DNA from: a bacterium
Lineage (GTDB): Bacteria; DRYD01
Length of the DNA: 51,485 bases
NCBI GenBank assembly: GCA_039630415.1
Contig: JBCNVB010000023.1
Span: 1-51,485, forward strand
Direction: 5' to 3'
Numbering within the stretch: the stretch's first letter is position 1; every line of letters begins with the position of its first letter. Below the pieces are notes generated by a model that saw only the letters and a program-made list of their open reading frames with translations, did no database searches and had not been told where the DNA came from. A program made the position numbers and the translations under genes. Of this stretch, positions 47,540 through 51,485 are shown in pieces.

Positions 47540-48496
47540 CTAATTTCTTAAAAAGTAAATTAAACGCTTAAGATTATCTACTTTTGTATTAGGTAGTAAC
47601 CCATGCCCCAGATTAAAAATATACCTCGAAAGATTATTAGGTTCCTCTATAGCTTGAAATATTCTAATCAAAGACATTTGACTAATTTTTTCGAAATCCT
47701 CTTTATCTTCAATCGTCAGAATATAAGGATCAAAATTACCTTGAATGTATCCTCCAAAACTTTCAAAGTAAAAACCTATATCCTTTGTCCAATCAACCGA
47801 TAAACAGTCAATCTTCAGTTCCCGAGTATAGTCCAAAATATAGATTGTTTTCAAGCAGAAGAAAATTATAGGTACACCATATTCTTGCTTTATTTTATTA
47901 AGCAATATTTTGTAAAAAGGTAGAACAAAAAATTGAATATCCAACGGAGATAAATCAAAAAGGTAGGTATCAAATATTTGGATCACATCAACTCCAGCTT
48001 CTATTTGAATCTGAATCGTTCTGTATATAGCTTCAAAAATACTAAATAGTAAGCCATTATCCTTATAAAGCAGTGCTTTATTTTTCGATGTTAAATACTG
48101 AAAGGTAGTATATATTCCTCCAGTAAAGCCTATAAGAGTTTTTTCATAATCCTTTTTGATTACCTGTATAGCTTTTTTAATATTTTCAAGTATTTGACTT
48201 GTTTGATTCACTTTTATGTTATAATAATTATTTATTCTAGCTATGGGGCCCTTAGAGTCAACGATATCAAATTCTACACCTTCCATTAAACTAAAAGGGA
48301 CAGATATATCGGAGAATATAATGAGTGCATCTATATCGAAATACTTTAAAGGCAGGGTAGTAAGATAGACAATAAGTTCAGGTTGGTTAAGTATGTCTAT
48401 AAAAGAGTATTTTTGTCTCAGGTTTAGGTATTCGGGTAAATACCTACCGCTTTGGCGCATAAACCATATAGGAAATTTTGATTTTGTTTTGATCAT
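47540..48496 (-). CDS. hemE: Uroporphyrinogen decarboxylase
   Basis: PIWFMRQSGRYLPEY, IIFSDI, IQIFD, QGNFDP and FNLGHG. Confidence 0.93.
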   Translation of the reverse strand: MIKTKSKFPIWFMRQSGRYLPEYLNLRQKYSFIDILNQPELIVYLTTLPLKYFDIDALIIFSDISVPFSLMEGVEFDIVDSKGPIARINNYYNIKVNQTSQILENIKKAIQVIKKDYEKTLIGFTGGIYTTFQYLTSKNKALLYKDNGLLFSIFEAIYRTIQIQIEAGVDVIQIFDTYLFDLSPLDIQFFVLPFYKILLNKIKQEYGVPIIFFCLKTIYILDYTRELKIDCLSVDWTKDIGFYFESFGGYIQGNFDPYILTIEDKEDFEKISQMSLIRIFQAIEEPNNLSRYIFNLGHGLLPNTKVDNLKRLIYFLRN

Positions 48497-48519
48497 GTTT
48501 GAGATTATGAGTAGTTAAG

Positions 48520-48592
48520 TGGGCGGAATAGGAATTGAACCTATGACCTCCTGCTTGTAAGGCAGGCGCTCTGACCACTGAGCTATCCGCCC
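48520..48592 (-). tRNA. tRNA-Val (anticodon TAC)
   Basis: GGGCGGA/TCCGCCC acceptor stem, D arm GCTCAGTGGTCAGAGC, anticodon arm CCTGC-CTTACAA-GCAGG and T arm ATAGG-TTCAATT-CCTAT; discriminator A, CCA not encoded. Confidence 0.96.
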
Positions 48593-48637
48593 ACCATTTT
48601 ATTACTATTCTTCAAACACTACTACCTACCCTCTACA

Positions 48638-49699
48638 CTAAATCAAATTCCAAAAAAATTCATAATCAAAAAATCTTACCTGTCTTTCAAATCTAGGCTT
48701 CACATTTAGAACCCTTTCCAACTTCTCAAAAAACTCCTTGTAATCTATCGGTTCTTGCAAATAATCAATAAAGTTAACATATTCTTTTACTACTTTCGCA
48801 TTCCATAACTGATGATTATCCATAGCATAAGGATATGGAATAACTACAGCACGCTTATTTAAATACAACAATTCAGACAAACTAGATCCACCAGCTCTAC
48901 TTACTATCACTTTTGCATCCTTGTAAACATCAGCCATAGAAACACTGTACTTTATCACATTTACAATACATCCATTTACACTAAATACAACTTTATCATC
49001 CGAGATTAACTCAAAATTCTTTCCCCACATCTCTCTTATCTGATTTACATAGTCAGAAAACAAATTTTTGCCTGCTATTACTTTTACACTTTTAAAGGTA
49101 CCATCTAAATTTTTAATAAATTCAATGGATAATTGGTTAATAGTTTTAGATCCTAAACTACCCCCAAAGAACAAAATACTCTCTAGCATGTCATGATTAT
49201 TATCCTGACAAACTAACGATTGTATTTCTTGTCTTATAGGGCAAAGCATTACTATTGTCTTTGATTTGAAGGGAAGAAATCTTAAGGATTCACTAAATGG
49301 CACAATAACATGATCCGCGAATATAGATAAAAATCTAGTAGCTCTTCCAGGAAGCACATTTTGATCCATAACTATCAACTTCCTCCTATTGATTTTAGAC
49401 GATATTGAAACAGGAACACAAAAAATACTACCTAGTGAAACAACAGTATTTACTTTGTTAGTTATTTTCAAACTAGATAGTGTATTTTTTAGAATATTAG
49501 GAATTTTAGTTAAGCTTACATCAGGTTGGTATATTACACTGGAATTATTTACAAACGCTGAATCAGCTATCTTACTTTTAAGGCTTTCAGGAGCAATAAT
49601 GTAAAAGTCAGCCTGTTTATCCGCAAATTTCGAAATTATTGATATAGCTGGGTATAAATGTCCACCCGTTGAACTAACAACAAATAAGGCTTTTTTCAT
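48638..49699 (-). CDS. murG: Undecaprenyl-PP-MurNAc-pentapeptide GlcNAc transferase
   Basis: TGGHLYPA, DQNVLPG, FGGSLGS, SRAGGSSLSE and IPYPYAMDNHQ..NA. Confidence 0.9.
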   Translation of the reverse strand: MKKALFVVSSTGGHLYPAISIISKFADKQADFYIIAPESLKSKIADSAFVNNSSVIYQPDVSLTKIPNILKNTLSSLKITNKVNTVVSLGSIFCVPVSISSKINRRKLIVMDQNVLPGRATRFLSIFADHVIVPFSESLRFLPFKSKTIVMLCPIRQEIQSLVCQDNNHDMLESILFFGGSLGSKTINQLSIEFIKNLDGTFKSVKVIAGKNLFSDYVNQIREMWGKNFELISDDKVVFSVNGCIVNVIKYSVSMADVYKDAKVIVSRAGGSSLSELLYLNKRAVVIPYPYAMDNHQLWNAKVVKEYVNFIDYLQEPIDYKEFFEKLERVLNVKPRFERQVRFFDYEFFWNLI

Positions 49700-49719
49700 C
49701 CATGTATTTAGTTATTCCC

Positions 49720-51273
49720 CTAGAAATTCATCAACTCATTCTTAATGTTTTCTAAAATTTTAGTGTCTACATCCTCCCTATCCATGTAGAACAAAAACAA
49801 ACCTATAAACATTCTTTTAAGTTTATCTGCCTCAATATTATCCCTTAGCTTCAAGTATATATACCATAATAACTCGGGATACTCAATTAGTTCAGATAAA
49901 CTAGATAAAACGTACACATAATCATAGTCAAGCAATCTAACCATTATTTTTATTGGGGGGATTAGAATATTTTGATTCTCAGTAGAAATGTTATTATGTT
50001 TAAGAACTTTCGATAGCACTTCAATTTTTTTCTCCAATTCCTGAATGTCATTTTTCCTAATAATACTACTTATAAAGTCGTTTATAACTTCTAATTTTAA
50101 GTTTGCCATAATATCTAGGTCTATTATTTTAACTAATCCCGCTTGATATACTTCATCCCAATCATTTGCTTTCAAAGAATTAAGATAGCTAGATATGGTC
50201 AATTTATCAATCTTATCATAGTAAGAAGTAATTAGATTAATTGTAAATTCTTTAAAATCTGGTTTATCTTTAACTTTATTAACAACTGTTTGAAAAATAC
50301 TAGAAGATCTCTCACCCAAAATTCCAATAATTTTTTCAAATAGTTCTATATCAAGTATATCAATTACTTTTGAAACTATATAGTGCAAATAATCATCACT
50401 GATCACACCTTTAGAATTAGCTATGTCGATAAAGTTTATAAAAGCCTTAGTAAATTCCTGTCTACCCTGAGGAGGTATATCCGCATAAGAATCTAAGAGA
50501 CTTTTGTATATGTTAAAAATATTTTTAGGGATTTTATCTATGAGTATATTTATGTTTTGTAGATGGGGTACTATTTTCAAAATAAGAGGTTTATGATCAA
50601 CTATTTTAGATAAAGTTTTATCAATTACGCCCAAGGATTCTGCCCATATCTTAGCAAAATCAGAAGTAGTTACAATACTTAAGAAAACATTTACTAACTT
50701 TTCATATTCCTGCTTACTGGAGTATATTTCAACTAAAGCCTCTATAACCCAGTAAGATTTTGATTCTTCATATATCATTAGTAAAAAGTTTTCTAACTCT
50801 ACAACCCTGTTAGCACTCTTTAGTAACTTAACCAAATTTTTAAGATATATGTTTGCAAATTTGTAATCCTTAATTCTTTTGTAAAACATTAATAAAACTT
50901 CAGTAACTATTCTTTGTATCATAGAACTATTTATTACTCGGGTTACCAAGCTATATATTTTATCATTATCCTCCTCTAATTCAAAATACTTCTGCAGTAC
51001 TTCGTTGATATTTTCCACAAACTTATCTTTCGAGATAATGAAATCCAGATAAGAGTAAATGACTTTTTTATCTATTTTGGGGAAAGAATAAAAGTAATGA
51101 TTGAATAATTCGATACATTTTTCATGATTTTCATCAGCCAATCTTTCTATGAAATATGGGAAGTATATTACAAATTTTTGGTCTCTTTTTTCTACTAGAT
51201 CTTGCAGTAAGCTCTGGATATAGTCACTAGATTGATTGAATATAATGGAAAATTCCTTCTGCTCAAGATACAT
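49720..51273 (-). CDS. Hypothetical alpha-solenoid (HEAT/TPR-like) protein
   Basis: 517-aa ORF of amphipathic helices with no recognisable catalytic motif. Confidence 0.6.
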   Translation of the reverse strand: MYLEQKEFSIIFNQSSDYIQSLLQDLVEKRDQKFVIYFPYFIERLADENHEKCIELFNHYFYSFPKIDKKVIYSYLDFIISKDKFVENINEVLQKYFELEEDNDKIYSLVTRVINSSMIQRIVTEVLLMFYKRIKDYKFANIYLKNLVKLLKSANRVVELENFLLMIYEESKSYWVIEALVEIYSSKQEYEKLVNVFLSIVTTSDFAKIWAESLGVIDKTLSKIVDHKPLILKIVPHLQNINILIDKIPKNIFNIYKSLLDSYADIPPQGRQEFTKAFINFIDIANSKGVISDDYLHYIVSKVIDILDIELFEKIIGILGERSSSIFQTVVNKVKDKPDFKEFTINLITSYYDKIDKLTISSYLNSLKANDWDEVYQAGLVKIIDLDIMANLKLEVINDFISSIIRKNDIQELEKKIEVLSKVLKHNNISTENQNILIPPIKIMVRLLDYDYVYVLSSLSELIEYPELLWYIYLKLRDNIEADKLKRMFIGLFLFYMDREDVDTKILENIKNELMNF

Positions 51274-51305
51274 TTAACTTTTTAGTGATTTATCCAATGT
51301 TAGAA

Positions 51306-51485
51306 TTAGTCTTCTTTGTAATTACTTCTTACAATAAGAAATCTAATTATTTTTTCATCATTTCTAAGAGTTTGATGCAATTTTTATACATTTTCTTGAT
51401 ATTCTTTTAAGTTAAATACTACTTAGTAAGAAGTATTTAATTTTTTTATAGGGTAAGCAATTAATCTATAAACTATTAAACTCAT
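51306..51485 (-). pseudogene. rpsF: C-terminal half of ribosomal protein S6 with two in-frame TAA codons (probably edge-of-contig errors)
   Basis: Manual translation: ..YRLIAYPIKKLNTSY*VVFNLKEYQENV*KLHQTLRNDEKIIRFLIVRSNYKED*. This matches the bS6 pattern R.LAYPIKK...YY...F......EL...LR....I.RFLIV. Confidence 0.75.

Noticed and set aside
48497..48637. tRNA-Val as an integration site for an island or prophage
   Set aside because: It is flanked directly by murG and hemE; there is no integrase and I noticed no duplicated tRNA 3' end.
51306..51485. TAA stop-codon reassignment suggested by the in-frame stops in rpsF
   Set aside because: TAA terminates many intact genes in the window (e.g. atpA, dnaN, ahcY), and no other conserved gene contains internal stops.

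Overview
An AT-rich, gene-dense bacterial chromosome segment made up mostly of housekeeping genes (speB, GH57 branching enzyme, atpA, dnaN, pilD, nuoM/N, ahcY, metK, glyS, plsC, kup, yvcK, mlaD, dnaB, menG/ubiE, pncB, truD, pyrG, hemE, tRNA-Val, murG and a damaged rpsF fragment at the right edge). Almost all of them lie outside their usual operons. An MCE protein ending in a probable beta-barrel suggests a diderm envelope. I found no integrase, transposase, CRISPR array or rRNA. The most unusual elements are: (1) an uncharacterised gene pair at 17.2-20.1 kb, where a 746-aa protein has long helical hairpins, 13 elastin-like GxPGx pentapeptides and a glycine zipper, and is followed by an acidic coiled-coil partner; (2) a nearby small secreted protein with (V/L)S(I/V)S(P/G/S) pentapeptide repeats; (3) a PilT-fold protein with degenerate ATPase motifs fused to a long coiled coil; (4) short tandem duplications exactly on the stop/start junctions in front of both HD-GYP genes; (5) a diverged duplicate of the nitrilase 3' end that now supplies the C-terminus of the convergent MFS gene. 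All calls come from reading motifs by eye; no database searches were run.
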